Shown here piece after piece: positions 1-13,000 of a stretch of 64,000 nt of DNA. The notes below the pieces were generated by a model. The model saw nothing but the letters and a program-made list of their open reading frames with translations. It made no database searches and was not told where the DNA came from. This stretch comes from Macrostomum lignano (Eukaryota): NCBI GenBank assembly GCA_002269645.1, contig NIVC01001487.1, positions 62,001 to 126,000 of the forward strand. Direction: 5' to 3'. The position numbers and the translations under genes are program-made. Positions within the stretch are counted from its first letter, which is position 1. The number at the start of each line of letters is the position of its first letter.

Positions 1-139
1 TGGGTAGAAAAAGATGTCGATAATTATCAGTTTGCTTAAATAATTGATGCATACCGCATTCTTTAGATATAAAGATCTGAGATCATGCTCAGACTTGCTC
101 CATTGCCTACTCTTGTCTGTACATGCAAATAATTATTTG

Positions 140-1131
140 ATTACATAAATTTGAACATGCACCTAACGTACTCGAAAGCGTTTGCGCATTTTGAGCCTTT
201 GAGAGAGCTTGCTTGTTCACTTGCTCCGGGTAAGGAGTTCGTGACTGAGAATGAGCCGCCCCTTAACATGTAATAGTTTGACTGGATACTGGTAAGCTCC
301 CAAGCAAACAACGATGAACCCCTGATGATTGGTAGCCGTCGAAGGATGTCATCTTCACCGCTTGGCCGTCTCAGTGCACCCGCATCAAGGAGCAACGGCT
401 CTCAAAGAACTATACAGGAGGAAGGCGGGCGCAGAATCACGTTACCTTTAGATCACTTGAGGCCAATGCTAAGACGGCGTATCGACGCCATCAAGCCGCT
501 GGAGTCATTTCAAAGTGGTGTCTGAACAGTGAGCAGTCCAACAATGCAGCAACTGTCCCAAACTCCTGAATCTGCTGGCAATTCGCTGAAAAGCGAATGG
601 TTTTAAACAAGGTTACCAACCGGAAACCAACAACTCGCAGCTCTGCTCAACAATGCACATCAATGTACATCTGTACATATGTACATTTCATATAGTCATC
701 ATTCTGCCTGGCAGCTCGCACACCACTAACTACATTTAGATATTCTGTTTGCAAACAGATCTTTGCCAACCAAGAGGGACAAGAGACTAACTAACGCAGC
801 CTTTTAACTCACTAACTGACATCCCTTTGTTTTGAAACTTTTTTTAATAATAGCGTCGTCACAGTAAAAAGTGTGTAAAATACTGAACAAGATTGGCTCA
901 CGATCTTGAGCGCAATTCTCCAGTTGTACAGGACGCTAAGAATAGCCAGGATGCCCATCGCTAAGTTGGCCAGGTTAATGAAAGCCATAAAAAGTTCTTC
1001 CGCGTTAGTGGACGACAGTTTTATAGCCAAAGTGATAGCAGAGAAGGTTAAGCTAACGACGGACAGGACGCGATGAGGGCTCCGTAACTGCCAATGGCGA
1101 TGTACTTGACAGTTGCACCTAACAGGTGCAT
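140..1131 (-). pseudogene. Tetraspanin-like paralog A, frameshifted or degenerate
   Basis: Exon 1131..902 reads MHLLGATVKYIAIGSYGALI-[2-nt shift at ~1070]-VLSVVSLTFSAITLAIK...FINLANLAMGILAILSVLYNWRIALKI|gtgag. It aligns to exon 1 of the tetraspanin at 7269 (YSANILLGIISLTF...LANITIGILGIVGVVQNWRILLKI|gtaag) with the same donor position. Downstream sequence (~395..140) resembles it only weakly (GEDD, SLPGAS) and lacks CCG. Confidence 0.55.
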
Positions 1132-2317
1132 TCTCTGCTCCTAGATTAGAAAGCTTTCACGAGCTTTTACGTAAATTTACAGCCGCTTTTCTTCGAGTCA
1201 CGCAAGAGTTCTTTTTGCATATTTAATTTACCGCAGTTACTATTTTTTCCATAGACAAAGAAACCTCACACCGTGTAGTTAATACGAGAGACAATACTTT
1301 TAATATATGCTAATGTTTTTCAGGCCAAAAATGCTTGTCAGATTGCGCAAACTATACATAAAAGGTAAACACATGCATTATGGTTATTATTTAAACTCGA
1401 CGTGCTATAATTTGAGGTAATCTAAGTACGCCCAGCTAGGCCGTCCGAGCTGCTCCGTCAGCCTCCATTTCGAAAAACTGCAGAACGAGGAATCAAAATT
1501 AGTATTGAATTCGAATGAATGAAACTAATTCTGCAGTGGAAGGAAATTTCGTCTCTGTCTGTTGCATTTTTGCGACGGAGATGTCGCCAGCAACGGGGAT
1601 GCGGAAAGGACAATGCGAAATCGATTGATTTTTTATTTGCTTCTCGCAACCTCCGCGGCACCAGAGCAATTAACAATAATCTGTAATAATCCAAGGTCGC
1701 TTGGACGGACCGAGCCAGCTGCATTGGAAACCCGCTCGTCGTTGATCTTGAAGGCGGCGCACAGCAGGCCAGCGTGCGCCGTGTCAAACTTGCTGTCCGA
1801 GCGAGTCCGTCACTCGTAAAACAAGAAGGCTTTAAACACCGCCAGGAACAAGGGCTGCCTTATTACTTAAAAGTGTCTTTTTCGTCTACTCAAAATTGGT
1901 AAGCTTATTAGAAGGATGTAAAGCCCAAATTTAATTTGGCACTTGCTGCAGGTTGGGTAATACGCATTATTTTTTGCAGACAGTATATATAGGTAAGTCC
2001 GGTGCAATATATTACCTTAAATTTCTCGTTTTGCACTCTAATCTGTGTATTTCTGATAAAAAATAAAGCAATACTTTGAAGGTAACGAATATACTTGTAT
2101 TGCTGTAGCACCAGCAGCAAATATAATAATTCAAAATAGTGTCCTGGTTTCTGCAAGCATGTCTTGTTAAAAGCAACTAAAAAAATTGCTGCGCGCCTGA
2201 AATTATTTTTATTCCATACTTAAGCACTCAAGTTATTGTTCTTTAACTTTGAAGCGCTGCTCAACTTTGTGGATTCACCAGTAGGACCTTTTCCACGACC
2301 TTTGGAAAATTCAAAAC

Positions 2318-5300
2318 TTACTCAGCCGGGCCCATGATGCTCACCATTGTGGAGGCGACGCACATGGCCTGAAATGCAACAAGTCAGTTTTCAAAGAGAC
2401 GGAGACAGAAGAATCAGGTCTGCATAGCATGGAACAAGCTGTTGGAATGCCTGCTAAGGCAGCATTGCGGATGTTACCTGGCAAAGGGATGTGAAGACGG
2501 CCCATAGCGAGATCATTAAATCGTAAAAGGCATCCTTGTTGCTGATCTTTGTCAGACAGTCCTGTTGAATGTGAATTTTTGAGTAATGATTTCTTGACGA
2601 GTCAGCTTCGCTTCTGCCCTGCAGATTTTGCGTGTTATAATGATGCGCTGATGGGTTATGTTGGCGTGTTGGAGCTGTGCAGTGAGGATCGGTCAGGGCT
2701 CTGTTGGAGCTGTGCAGTGAGGATCGGTCAGGACTGTGTTGGAGCTGTGCAGTGAGGATCGGTCAGGACTGTGTTGGAGCTGTGCAGTGAGGATCGGTCA
2801 GGACTGTGTTGGCGTGTTGGAGCTGTGCAGTGAGGATCGGTCAGGACTGTGTTGGAGCTGTGCAGTGAGGATCGGTCAGGGCTCTGTTGGAGCTGTGCAG
2901 TGAGGATCGGTCAGGACTGTGTTGGCGTGTTGGAGCTGTGCAGTGAGGATTGGTCAGGACTGTGTTGGCGTGTTGGAGCTGTGCAGTGAGGATTGGTCAG
3001 GACTGTGTTGGCGTGTTGGAGCTGTGCAGTGAGGATCGGTCAGGACTGTGTTGGAGCTGTGCAGTGAGGATCGGTCAGGACTGTGTTGGAGCTGTGCAGT
3101 GAGGATTGGTCAGGGCTCTGTTGGAGCTGTGCAGTGAGGATCGGTCAGGACTGTGTTGGCGTGTTGGAGCTGTGCAGTGAGGATTGGTCAGGACTGTGTT
3201 GGCGTGTTGGAGCTGTGCAGTGAGGATTGGTCAGGACTGTGTTGGCGTGTTGGAGCTGTGCAGTGAGGATTGGTCAGGACTGTGTTGGAGCTGTGCAGTG
3301 AGGATTGGTCAGGACTGTGTTGGAGCTGTGCAGTGAGGATCGGTCAGGACTGTGTTGGAGCTGTGCAGTGAGGATCGGTCAGGACTGTGTTGGAGCTGTG
3401 CAGTGAGGATTGGTCAGGACTGTGTTGGAGCTGTGCAGTGAGGATCGGTCAGGACTGTGTTGGAGCTGTGCAGTGAGGATCGGTCAGGACTGTGTTGGAG
3501 CTGTGCAGTGAGGATTGGTCAGGACTGTGTTGGAGCTGTGCAGTGAGGATCGGTCAGGACTGTGTTGGAGCTGTGCAGTGAGGATCGGTCAGGACTGTGT
3601 TGGAGCTGTGCAGTGAGGATCGGTCAGGACTGTGTTGGAGCTGTGCAGTGAGGATCGGTCAGGACTGTGTTGGTGTGTTGGAGCTGTGCAGTGAGGATCG
3701 GTCAGGACTGTGTTGGTGTGTTGGAGCTGTGCAGTGAGGATCGGTCAGGACTGTGTTGGTGTGTTGGAGCTGTGCAGTGAGGATTGGTCAGGACTGTGTT
3801 GGAGCTGTGCAGTGAGGATCAGTCAGGACTGTGTTGGAGCTGTGCAGTGAGGATCGGTCAGGACTGTGTTGGAGCTGTGCAGTGAGGATCGGTCAGGGCT
3901 GTGTTGGAGCTGTGCAGTGAGGATCGGTCAGGACTGTGTTGGAGCTGTGCAGTGAGGATCGGTCAGGACTGTGTTGGAGCTGTGCAGTGAGGATCGGTCA
4001 GGACTGTGTTGGAGCTGTGCAGTGAGGATCGGTCAGGGCTGTGTTGGAGCTGTGCAGTGAGGATCGGTCAGGACTGTGTTGGTGTGTTGGAGCTGTGCAG
4101 TGAGGATCGGTCAGGACTGTGTTGGTGTGTTGGAGCTGTGCAGTGAGGATCGGTCAGGACTGTGTTGGAGCTGTGCAGTGAGGATCGGTCAGGACTGTGT
4201 TGGAGCTGTGCAGTGAGGATTGGTCAGGACTGTGTTGGTGTATTGGAGCTGTGCAGTGAGGATCGGTCAGGGCTGTGTTGGAGCTGTGCAGTGAGGATCG
4301 GTCAGGACTGTGTTGGTGTGTTGGAGCTGTGCAGTGAGGATCAGTCAGGGCTGTGTTGGAGCTGTGCAGTGAGGATCGGTCAGGGCTGTGTTGGAGCTGT
4401 GCAGTGAGGATCGGTCAGGACTGTGTTGGAGCTGTGCAGTGAGGATCGGTCAGGACTGTGTTGGAGCTGTGCAGTGAGGATCGGTCAGGACTGTGTTGGA
4501 GCTGTGCAGTGAGGATCGGTCAGGACTGTGTTGGAGCTGTGCAGTGAGGATCGGTCAGGGCTGTGTTGGAGCTGTGCAGTGAGGATCGGTCAGGACTGTG
4601 TTGGTGTGTTGGAGCTGTGCAGTGAGGATCGGTCAGGACTGTGTTGGAGCTGTGCAGTGAGGATTGGTCAGGACTGTGTTGGAGCTGTGCAGTGAGGATT
4701 GGTCAGGACTGTGTTGGTGTATTGGAGCTGTGCAGTGAGGATCGGTCAGGGCTGTGTTGGAGCTGTGCAGTGAGGATCGGTCAGGACTGTGTTGGTGTGT
4801 TGGAGCTGTGCAGTGAGGATCGGTCAGGACTGTGTTGGAGCTGTGCAGTGAGGATCGGTCAGGACTGTGTTGGAGCTGTGCAGTGAGGATCGGTCAGGAC
4901 TGTGTTGGAGTGTTGGAGCTGTGCAGTGAGGATCGGTCAGGACTGTGCCAGTTATTCGATAATACGCCAATCATATGACATAAAATTGGGACTCAATACT
5001 TTAACTCGAGCACGTTGAAAAAGACAATCATTCTAACAAAGTAGCTCACATATTTGTGAACGTATTTCTTTTCCCGAGCCTCCTTCAGGTTCTCGGCTTG
5101 TTGGCACTTCGGTCCAGGTTCCAGACAGCAGGAGTCGGGCAGGGTGGTCTTCTTGCCGGTTACGTTGGCGTTGACCAGCTTGTACCATGGAGACTGGAGG
5201 AACAGGTTCTCCTTCTCATCGCCGCTCCAGCCGCAGCACAACTCCTGTTTCAGTGGCCCAAGTTTAAATTGGTTAGCGAGTGAGCAATAATCTAATTAGT

Positions 5301-7269
5301 TGTATTCCATAATGTGCTATCAGATTGAGAATTTAAAATTTCCTGACCTCTTCTTGCCCATTGTTTAAAAACGAAGTCACGCCTTCGTCTTCGCCATATT
5401 GCTTTGTTAATTTTTCTCTGTATTCGTTTATATCCGATTTAGTCAGAGTATTCCTGTTCGTGAGATGCATCACAAGGATGACTACGTTTGTGACAACCGC
5501 GCAGGCCAGAATGCAAACGATCTGGAAGGTGGGCAGGTGAGGCAGTTCCGGCCGCAATTTAGGCTCCAAGAGGCTGATTCGAGAAGCCATTGATAAGAGT
5601 CCTGGAAAAGGGGGCTTCAATCGGCTCTGCGACTCAGCGATAAATGAGGGCCAGCCCCGAAGAGGTACACAGAGTGTACAGTATGTGCCTGAAAATTAGA
5701 AAGTCAGGGCCACCGTAACCCTTGTGTGAGTGTATGAGTACAGCATCTATGCACAGCTTGTGTGCGCTCAGGAGGCTGAACTGGCTCAACGCTGGTTGTG
5801 GGACGATGTCACCGAGAAAGCTGCGCCAGGGAGCCCACGGCCCCTCCCTGCAATTATTACTACATGAATATATCTTACAAAAGTCCCCTACTAACTGTGC
5901 TCGCATGGGCGTATTCAGCATGCCAGTGAAGTATGAGACAGACCAGGCCCATGGGCTAAGGTCTGCGATGCTCCACGCCTGCCCCCATCTTCAGCAGGTA
6001 AGGCCAGTGGGAGGTCTGCACCCTCTATTTGCCGCTGGCAGCCGTAGACCCCCCACGCTGTTTCGCAAGCCGACCCAGGGGTACCCGTCCCCGCGAGTGT
6101 TCAAGGCAGACCCTAGGGCTGCTGGACAGACAGGGCTCCGGCGCTGGCGACCCATCTAGTAGCTTCGGCCAAACTTGGGTATGCGGGTCTGGCTTGCCAG
6201 CCTGCAGGCCTTGGTACTGCTCAACGTACCCTCTAATGCCTAAGGTGTTCGACCGTGCCGATAGGCTGGAAGGCCGGGGAGTAGTCCGGTCGCAAGCGGT
6301 CCCCCTCCTGGTATCGGGCCAGCCTTGAGGGTTCTTTTGGCCTACTGCCCGGGTGGGTACCGCGCCCCTTCGAGGGTAGCCCACCACCTTTATCATGGCC
6401 TTCGAGCCGACTATGAATAAGCTGCTGGAGACACTGGGGGACCTCCCTGGGCGGCGTTCATAGCGATGCGTCGGCCGTTCAGGGATTAGCGGAATGAGCG
6501 TTCGCGCCTTCCCGCTTTGTCCCCCTCCGGGGCATCCCTGCAGCTAAGTCAAGTAAGTCAAGTCCCGTAGCTGTATTTGCACACAAAAATGAACACGCTT
6601 CAATGCTTGCTCTTGCGTTTTTTTTGTTGCAAGACACATGATCGTTGGCAGTCTTTGCTGCCGAAACGTTTTTCCCTAATTACACTGACAGGAGGCTGTA
6701 GTAAGCAACAAAAAGAGCTTTCTCACACTGAGATTAATTAGGGATTAGTGCCTTCTTAAGGGTCCCGGCAAGATCCACAAAGTCCCCTGCTAATTTTGAG
6801 TAAACCAACAAAAAGGAATCTCCAGAGAGGATAAATTAATATTAGTTAGTTACTTGTACTAATTATAGCTTGTATATGGGCCATTCCGCCAAGCCTTGAA
6901 CACGTACATGTACATGGACTCGTACGCAGGCACGCACTCACACAGGGTGTAAAACTGACTCTGTTCCTACGCCGAGGGGCCACGGAGAAGCAGCAACATC
7001 AGGTAGAGTTCGGACGCACTTACAATTTTGAGCAGGATGCGCCAGTTCTGCACGACGCCAACAATGCCCAGGATGCCAATGGTGATGTTAGCCAGGCTGG
7101 AAAAGATCTTGATGAGGCCGCCGCCTTTGAAAGTGAACGATTCTCCCACAGTTAAATACGGATTTGTGGCTATGGTGATTCCGTAGAAAGTTAAACTGAT
7201 GATTCCCAGTAGAATGTTGGCGCTGTACGTCACTATCACTATGTGACGGATGGCCTCGCTGGATAGCAT
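2318..7269 (-). CDS. Tetraspanin (B), 5 exons, ~249 aa
   Basis: Exons 7269-7024, 5521-5348, 5244-5050, 2561-2478, 2368-2318, all GT-AG and phase 0. Four hydrophobic segments; the large loop has ELCCGWS, LPDSCC, PKC and YDCL (6 Cys). The final GAG-TAA overlaps a GTAAGT donor consensus, so a further 3' exon is possible. Confidence 0.85.
2660..4946. repeat. 35/43-bp minisatellite filling tetraspanin B intron 3
   Basis: Unit GTTGGAGCTGTGCAGTGAGGATCGGTCAGGACTGT; a variant adds 8 bp (GTTGG(C/T)GT). Confidence 0.97.
5640..6565 (+). mobile_element. Degenerate non-LTR (RTE-like) retrotransposon 3' fragment in tetraspanin B intron 1
   Basis: GC-rich block ending in a TAAGTCAAGTAAGTCAAGTC tail. Translation near 6370 gives RG*PTTFI, resembling the RTE C-terminal RGRPxTTxI motif. 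Multiple stops are present. Confidence 0.35.
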
Positions 7270-7809
7270 TCGTGTGGATTGTAACTTCCAGTAGTTTTCG
7301 TATTTCTACACGAAAATCTAAGAATAAATGAGCTTCAAGGCTCTTTTTTGTGATACTTTGGCTATAAAAGTGCTCCACTTTCCGACCATAGACAGCTGCG
7401 CTCGTGAGCGGAAGAACGAAATGTAGTCACTTCTGCTGAAATGACTTGTAGTCCCTCTTGAAATCTGTAAAATTGCAAGTACAAACTCAAGCATTGTACG
7501 TCGAACGTACGTTATAAACTCAAAACTTTACAAACTCTAAATTTAATATAGCCCAACTCGTGAAGATTATTGAGTTAGTGGACGTGACTCGCAAGAATTT
7601 TCCCATTATGCGAAATTTTGCGCTAGCAAAAGCAACCCCTGAGATTCATGACGACTACAGTTCACTCAAGGACTACTAGACTTGATATAACGAAGTGTTC
7701 CTAGTGGTCCTTGAGTCCACTTTAAAGTTTACTGCAGGTTTCAGTCTGTTAGGTTCGGAGTTCCAAATGGATTACATATAAAAGACGGCCATTTACTCGT
7801 AACTGACAC

Positions 7810-7930
7810 AAGAAGCGACGACCTGTTGCGTCATGGGTGGTTGAAGCTGACAGGCCACATCATCCGCGCCCAGGATCGTAATGTCCACGGACGGTGCAGG
7901 AGGGGCTGCTGCTTACGTTACAGACATCTT
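7810..7930 (+). mobile_element. LINE APE-endonuclease fragment (CR1/L2-like), degenerate
   Basis: LKLTGHIIRAQDRN..., then after a frameshift GGAAAYVTD, matching the GYxxxRxDR...GGGVAxYV motif. Confidence 0.35.
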
Positions 7931-9031
7931 TCTATGTTAGGAATACGTACTTAATGATGAAATCTTTTGTTAAAACTGACGTTTTCAACTTTCAATTCCA
8001 TTTTACCCCAATTTTGTGCATCTGCCGTTGTTTTGAGATAAATGTGCACTACATTGCCGCAATTTCAAAACGGCTCGCTGCAAAGTGTAATTGGTGTAAA
8101 ATCAAGCCACTGAAGAATCGCTTCTTGTTGTCGTCTATGGCCTCTATGGCCCAAAAGGGGTTCTATGGAGCAACCACAGACCTTTTTGGGGCATAGACAA
8201 TGAAAAGCAAGTCTTCAATAGCTTTATTCTACACCTACACTAATGATTAAATTGCCTGCTCTTTAACTCGATTAAATTGGAAAACGCCGTAGTTTAACAG
8301 CTTGTACTCGACACGACTACTTATATTGCCTGTTAACTTTTTGCTATAGTTCATTCCGAACAACCGTGATAGCTATGTTGTGACGGTTTCATTTCTTGTA
8401 CATCATTTAGTGTGTCGTCGTAAAAGTATTTTTGCAAAGTAACTCGTAATTATTGGCATTTATTGTAATTATTCTATTTATTTACAAGTACATCTGCACG
8501 TATTGTTTGACATGTTAAGCAGATAAAGTTTACACTATTTTGTTTAAATCTTAATGCTCCAATTTCAAATGACTATAAAAATGTTTTGAATTTCCCTGAA
8601 AGCTGCTTGTCTGGTTTGTCGCTCGTCGCCCTTGGCTTTGAGTTGGCTTTAATTTATCATTTAATATATTGAATAGTTCGCAGATGTTCGACAGTATTTT
8701 CGACAGCTCCCTGTAATTCGCCTAGTTCACTACTATCTCTTCATACATGTAAATCCTGATAGACCGCTATACAACTCATCAACATCAGCAAAAGAAAAGT
8801 ACATGTACGCCTAAGACCCCGTCACAACGTGTCAGTCGCCTGGGTTTTCGTTTAAACTACTTTGTTACTCTGATTTTGTTTAATGGTTTCGTTTTGTTTT
8901 GCTTAGAGGAGCGAACTAGAGAAATATGGGCTATCGTTATTTTAAATACCTTTCCTTGATTTACATACAGTCAGGTATCTGTTTCATCGAAAGTATCCAA
9001 GAATGCCGCGGAGCGGATCAAATTCGATAGG

Positions 9032-10012
9032 TCACTCAGACAGGACGCGGGTCCCGCAGCTGCCGTCACCGCCGCAAGTGTCCAGGCAGGCAGCCAGCGC
9101 CGATTCCCAGCCGCACACGCGGACCACCGTGTTCGGGCTGGCTTTCAACAGGCGCACCGCGGCCGCCAGCTTGCCGCGCATGCCGCCGGTAACGTCGGAA
9201 ACTCCGGGCGCAGCTCCGCCAACTCCAGCGACGTCTTGAGAGCTGCCTCCACCGAGACGAATCTCCGGCAGCAAGTGAGCCATGCCCGGAGGGGCCGTGG
9301 CCGGGTCCTGACTGAAGACTCCGCCTGAGGATGTAACGAAAACGGCGCGCCGCAGGTCGAACGATTCGGCCAGCTTGGCAGCGAGGGCGTCGCCGCCGAG
9401 CACCGACCAGCCGATGATGGTCTCGTCAGTGGCGTCACGATCGAGAGCCAGCACGGCGTCTCCATGCAGCGCGGGCACGAACCCGGCCTGAAGGAGGTCA
9501 CTGATGCGATCTACCAGTCCCGGTGGACAGTGCGATCCGACGAAATCGGTCACGTCGCTGAAGTGACTGCATGGCGACAGAACAGTGACTGGGATTCCGG
9601 CTTTCACGAGACAGGCCGCAACCCGGCCGGCTAGGTCCTGCACCGCCCTGCGAGTGTCGCAGAAGCCGAGGCGGCGTTGCTGAAGCTCCACCGGTGACAG
9701 CTTTGCCAGTTGACGAGCGTCGATGCCGTCGGTAAGGCGGGCGTCGGTTGCGTGCGGGTGGCCGAAGGAGCCCGCACCGTGCAGCAGCACCCAGCGAAGT
9801 CGTCGACGTCTCTGGACGTAGCCTGCGTTGCCGTCATCGACATCATCATCCACCTTAACAGCTTCAATAGCGGTGGCCAGCTCGGCCAGTCGGTCCAGAC
9901 CGTCCTGGCGGAGCTGCTCACGGCCGGATTTGTCAGTCAGGCAGCTGCCGCCAACCTTCAGCACCAGGTCGATGGTGACTTTGGCTGTCGTCGAGCTGCT
10001 GGTCTGTGACAT
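9032..10012 (-). CDS. ipk: Isopentenyl phosphate kinase (amino-acid kinase family), intronless CDS, 326 aa
   Basis: Motifs LVLKVGGSCLTDK, LLHGAGSFGHPHA (IPK signature His), PALHGDAV, LGGDAL and DVTGGMRGKL. First ATG is at 10012; the track's 10084 start is a TTG. Confidence 0.85.
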   Translation of the reverse strand: MSQTSSSTTAKVTIDLVLKVGGSCLTDKSGREQLRQDGLDRLAELATAIEAVKVDDDVDDGNAGYVQRRRRLRWVLLHGAGSFGHPHATDARLTDGIDARQLAKLSPVELQQRRLGFCDTRRAVQDLAGRVAACLVKAGIPVTVLSPCSHFSDVTDFVGSHCPPGLVDRISDLLQAGFVPALHGDAVLALDRDATDETIIGWSVLGGDALAAKLAESFDLRRAVFVTSSGGVFSQDPATAPPGMAHLLPEIRLGGGSSQDVAGVGGAAPGVSDVTGGMRGKLAAAVRLLKASPNTVVRVCGWESALAACLDTCGGDGSCGTRVLSE

Positions 10013-13000
10013 TTGGCTTCTCTTTTTTGGCGATGATTTCTGTAATGAACACGAGATGGTTTGTAAACTAAGGGGTACGTGCAACTGTGACTCTACTTTA
10101 AATATTGACTTTAGTTTCTTAGCATAAAAGTATATTACTTGTTAGTAGATGCTAGCGAGCATGACTAAACATTTTGATGATAAATCTGCTTACTCTTGTA
10201 ATAGATACGAGCAAGCGTTTTTACGTTTTGTTTTACCTTTTTTACTTACGTGTACACATTGATAATGATACAAACAGTTCGGTTGCATTTATAAAGGCCT
10301 ACAACAAATATCTTCTATCGAAGGTGTTAAATGCCACTACTTGAAACATTTATCTAGCTTGAAATATCTAGCTTACAGAGTCTGGTGGGGTCATGCGCAG
10401 ATTGAAAGCACAGCGATACAAGACCGAAGCGCTAGCGGTCCCGAGCTCTGGAGAAGCGAATGGAAACAGTCTTGAGACGGAGCGGCGATCGAGCTTGGGC
10501 TCCCCAAAAACTAGGAGGTCTGGGAGGGGGCGGAAATTGCCTCGCTGGCAATGGCGGCTCGCCGGCGATGTTAAGAGACGCCGCACTGACGAATAAATGA
10601 GACGGAATGAGAAGGAGAATGGGAGCTAGAGCCCCAGGGGGCTGAGTTTGATGATGGAAACAGCTGGGAGCATGCAATACGGGGTAAGAAAGCAGCAGCT
10701 AGGATATTAAGTCAAAGAACCTACTGGTGTGTGAGAGTGCACCGCGCGCATGTGTTTGAGATTGTGTTCCTCATCGAACCCCGGGCCATGGGGAATCCCC
10801 TTCCCATTATGCCGCAGGGAGCGAGGAGGCAGGGGTCAGAGATGCAGTGTTGCGGAAGGCTGGATTGTGGCCCTCCAATGCCAAAGAGAGAGAGAAAGTA
10901 AAGGGGGGAGGGGCAGACATGAAAGCTGAATTTTTTAGCTCGAATCCACGGGAGCGAGGGATTAAGAGTATTAGCAGCGTACAAGCTCTATTGGGAATAT
11001 AGGGAGAAATTCCGTCTCTGTACCTTTCTGCTCCCAAGGCCATTGGAGGCGTTGCGAGACACCGAAGAAGAGTGAAAGGCCTAGTCTTGCAACCCCCATC
11101 CTATACTGTTAAAAACTGCTGCGTGTATTTAGCAAATATATTAATACATCTTACGCGCAAAGAATTTGGTGACGAGCTACAGTAGGGACAATGTCCCATT
11201 AGTCATTAGCACTGTGCTAAACCTTTTCGATGAATGGGACGCCGAGGAGCTGTCACGTTGGAAACCTTCCCCACAGTTGTGCGCACGCCAGACAGGTAAG
11301 AGCTGCGGGTTGCAGGTTTTCCCACCGGCGCCAACAACAATCAAAATCCCACCTGTTGATGCCCCAATGCCGGGGCAAACGGAGTCAGTTGGAAATTTAC
11401 CCGGAACAGCCCGCAACAAGTAAACCTTAAATGCATTACAGTCCATTCGCACTGCCTTGTCGTCTGCAGGTGTCACCAAGTTCATTTCGACCAAAAGAAA
11501 AGAAAATGTGTTAGGAAGTTTAATCTATATGCGTAGATGCGTTTGTTGTAGTTTAGCTTTTTGAAAAAAGTCCATTTGAACTTTTACTCCATTCTACTGG
11601 CCAGAGATTGACCGACTCGACAATAATTTATTCTCCACCCCCTTGCTTGTACAGCTGTCTAGTCTTCGCAGTCCAGAGCGTTCGAATAGCCAGCCAAGAC
11701 CGCTACGACTCGCTCAGAGCCAACAGCGGTCAACACGCCATCCAGCTTCCACTCCAGGCGACCCATTCTCAGGCATATTTTAAGAGCTCAAAGCGCCCTA
11801 GGACGGGACTGGCCCTCACCCTCCTCTCCATGACTGCCTCCTTGGTCCTCCTCAGTTTATTGAGCTCTCCGAAGCAAGAGGATCGCTGGGCGGACGCGCG
11901 AGCTCCGGGCCAACAAAATAAAGAGGCTGCACGACCGAAAGAAGAAAGGGACAGATTTCTCATTTGTAAAATGGCCTGAAGAAAAAGCGGAAAGAGATGA
12001 GAGAGGGTGAGAGAGAGAGAGAGAGAGAGGCTTCAGTAGCTTCTGGCTCTCAGGAAACATTATAAGTATGGGAGAAAGAATGAGAGCGAGAGTCGGGGAG
12101 AGACTGGGAGAGAGCGGGTTGGGGGGCGTCCACTTGCACTTTTGTCAAAAGCCAAAACAGACGTAGGACAGCAAGAGGGCTCGGGCTGATTCAATCTGGC
12201 TTGCAAAATTATTTATGCAGTAAAGAACGAGCTGAGACACGCATCAATAAATAACTAATAATGCACTGGTACCGCCGGCACTGCTGGGGCAGGACCGGCG
12301 CCTCACTGCTCACTATACGGACATGATTTGAGGTCTGGCAGGCCATCAGGCTTGTCGAGTTTTGCACGCAGCGGCTTAATCCTCGAGTTGCAGCCAGATC
12401 GCGAAAACACTGCTTCTACTAGCTACTATGCTTTAGTGCTTCTATAAGGGCAATCTCTTCTGGAGAAAGAGTAGAACGAAAGAGGGGGGGGCTTAATTCT
12501 GTTTGGCCTCCTGGGGATGCAAATGGGAAAGCGGGGAGGAAGGGACGCTTTGTGCTCGGGGACTGGGGGATAGAAAGTTAAAATCGGCTCACAATGCTGA
12601 TCACGCAGGGGGCGGTGGGAGAAGTTCTGCACAAAAGCCGAACCAATCGCACTTTCTGCAGGTCGGAAGCCCCAAAACTGTCACTACAGGTTTACGAAAG
12701 TTAACTACTTAGTAAGTTTATCCCAGTAACTAATGGAAAATTAAAAAAATATTCTTCTTTTGAACTCCGGTTATAAGAGTGAACTAGTTTATAGTGTAGC
12801 AACCCTATCTTGACGACGTGGGCCGATGTTTCCGACGTCGTTCTCCGTCTCCGTCTCCGTTTGCCAGCAACGTCCATCAAACGTCAGGTACATCGGATGA
12901 ATCGCCGGACGTCGAAATGTTGCACGGAAGATAAAAAACGCGCGACAAGCACCACGTATCTGATATTACTACCGGCTATCTCGCTTGCTCACACCAAGCT

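Noticed and set aside
2660-4946. Possible CRISPR array (also other regular arrays in the window)
   Set aside because: Units are contiguous with no unique spacers, no cas genes are present, and the context is a eukaryotic intron.
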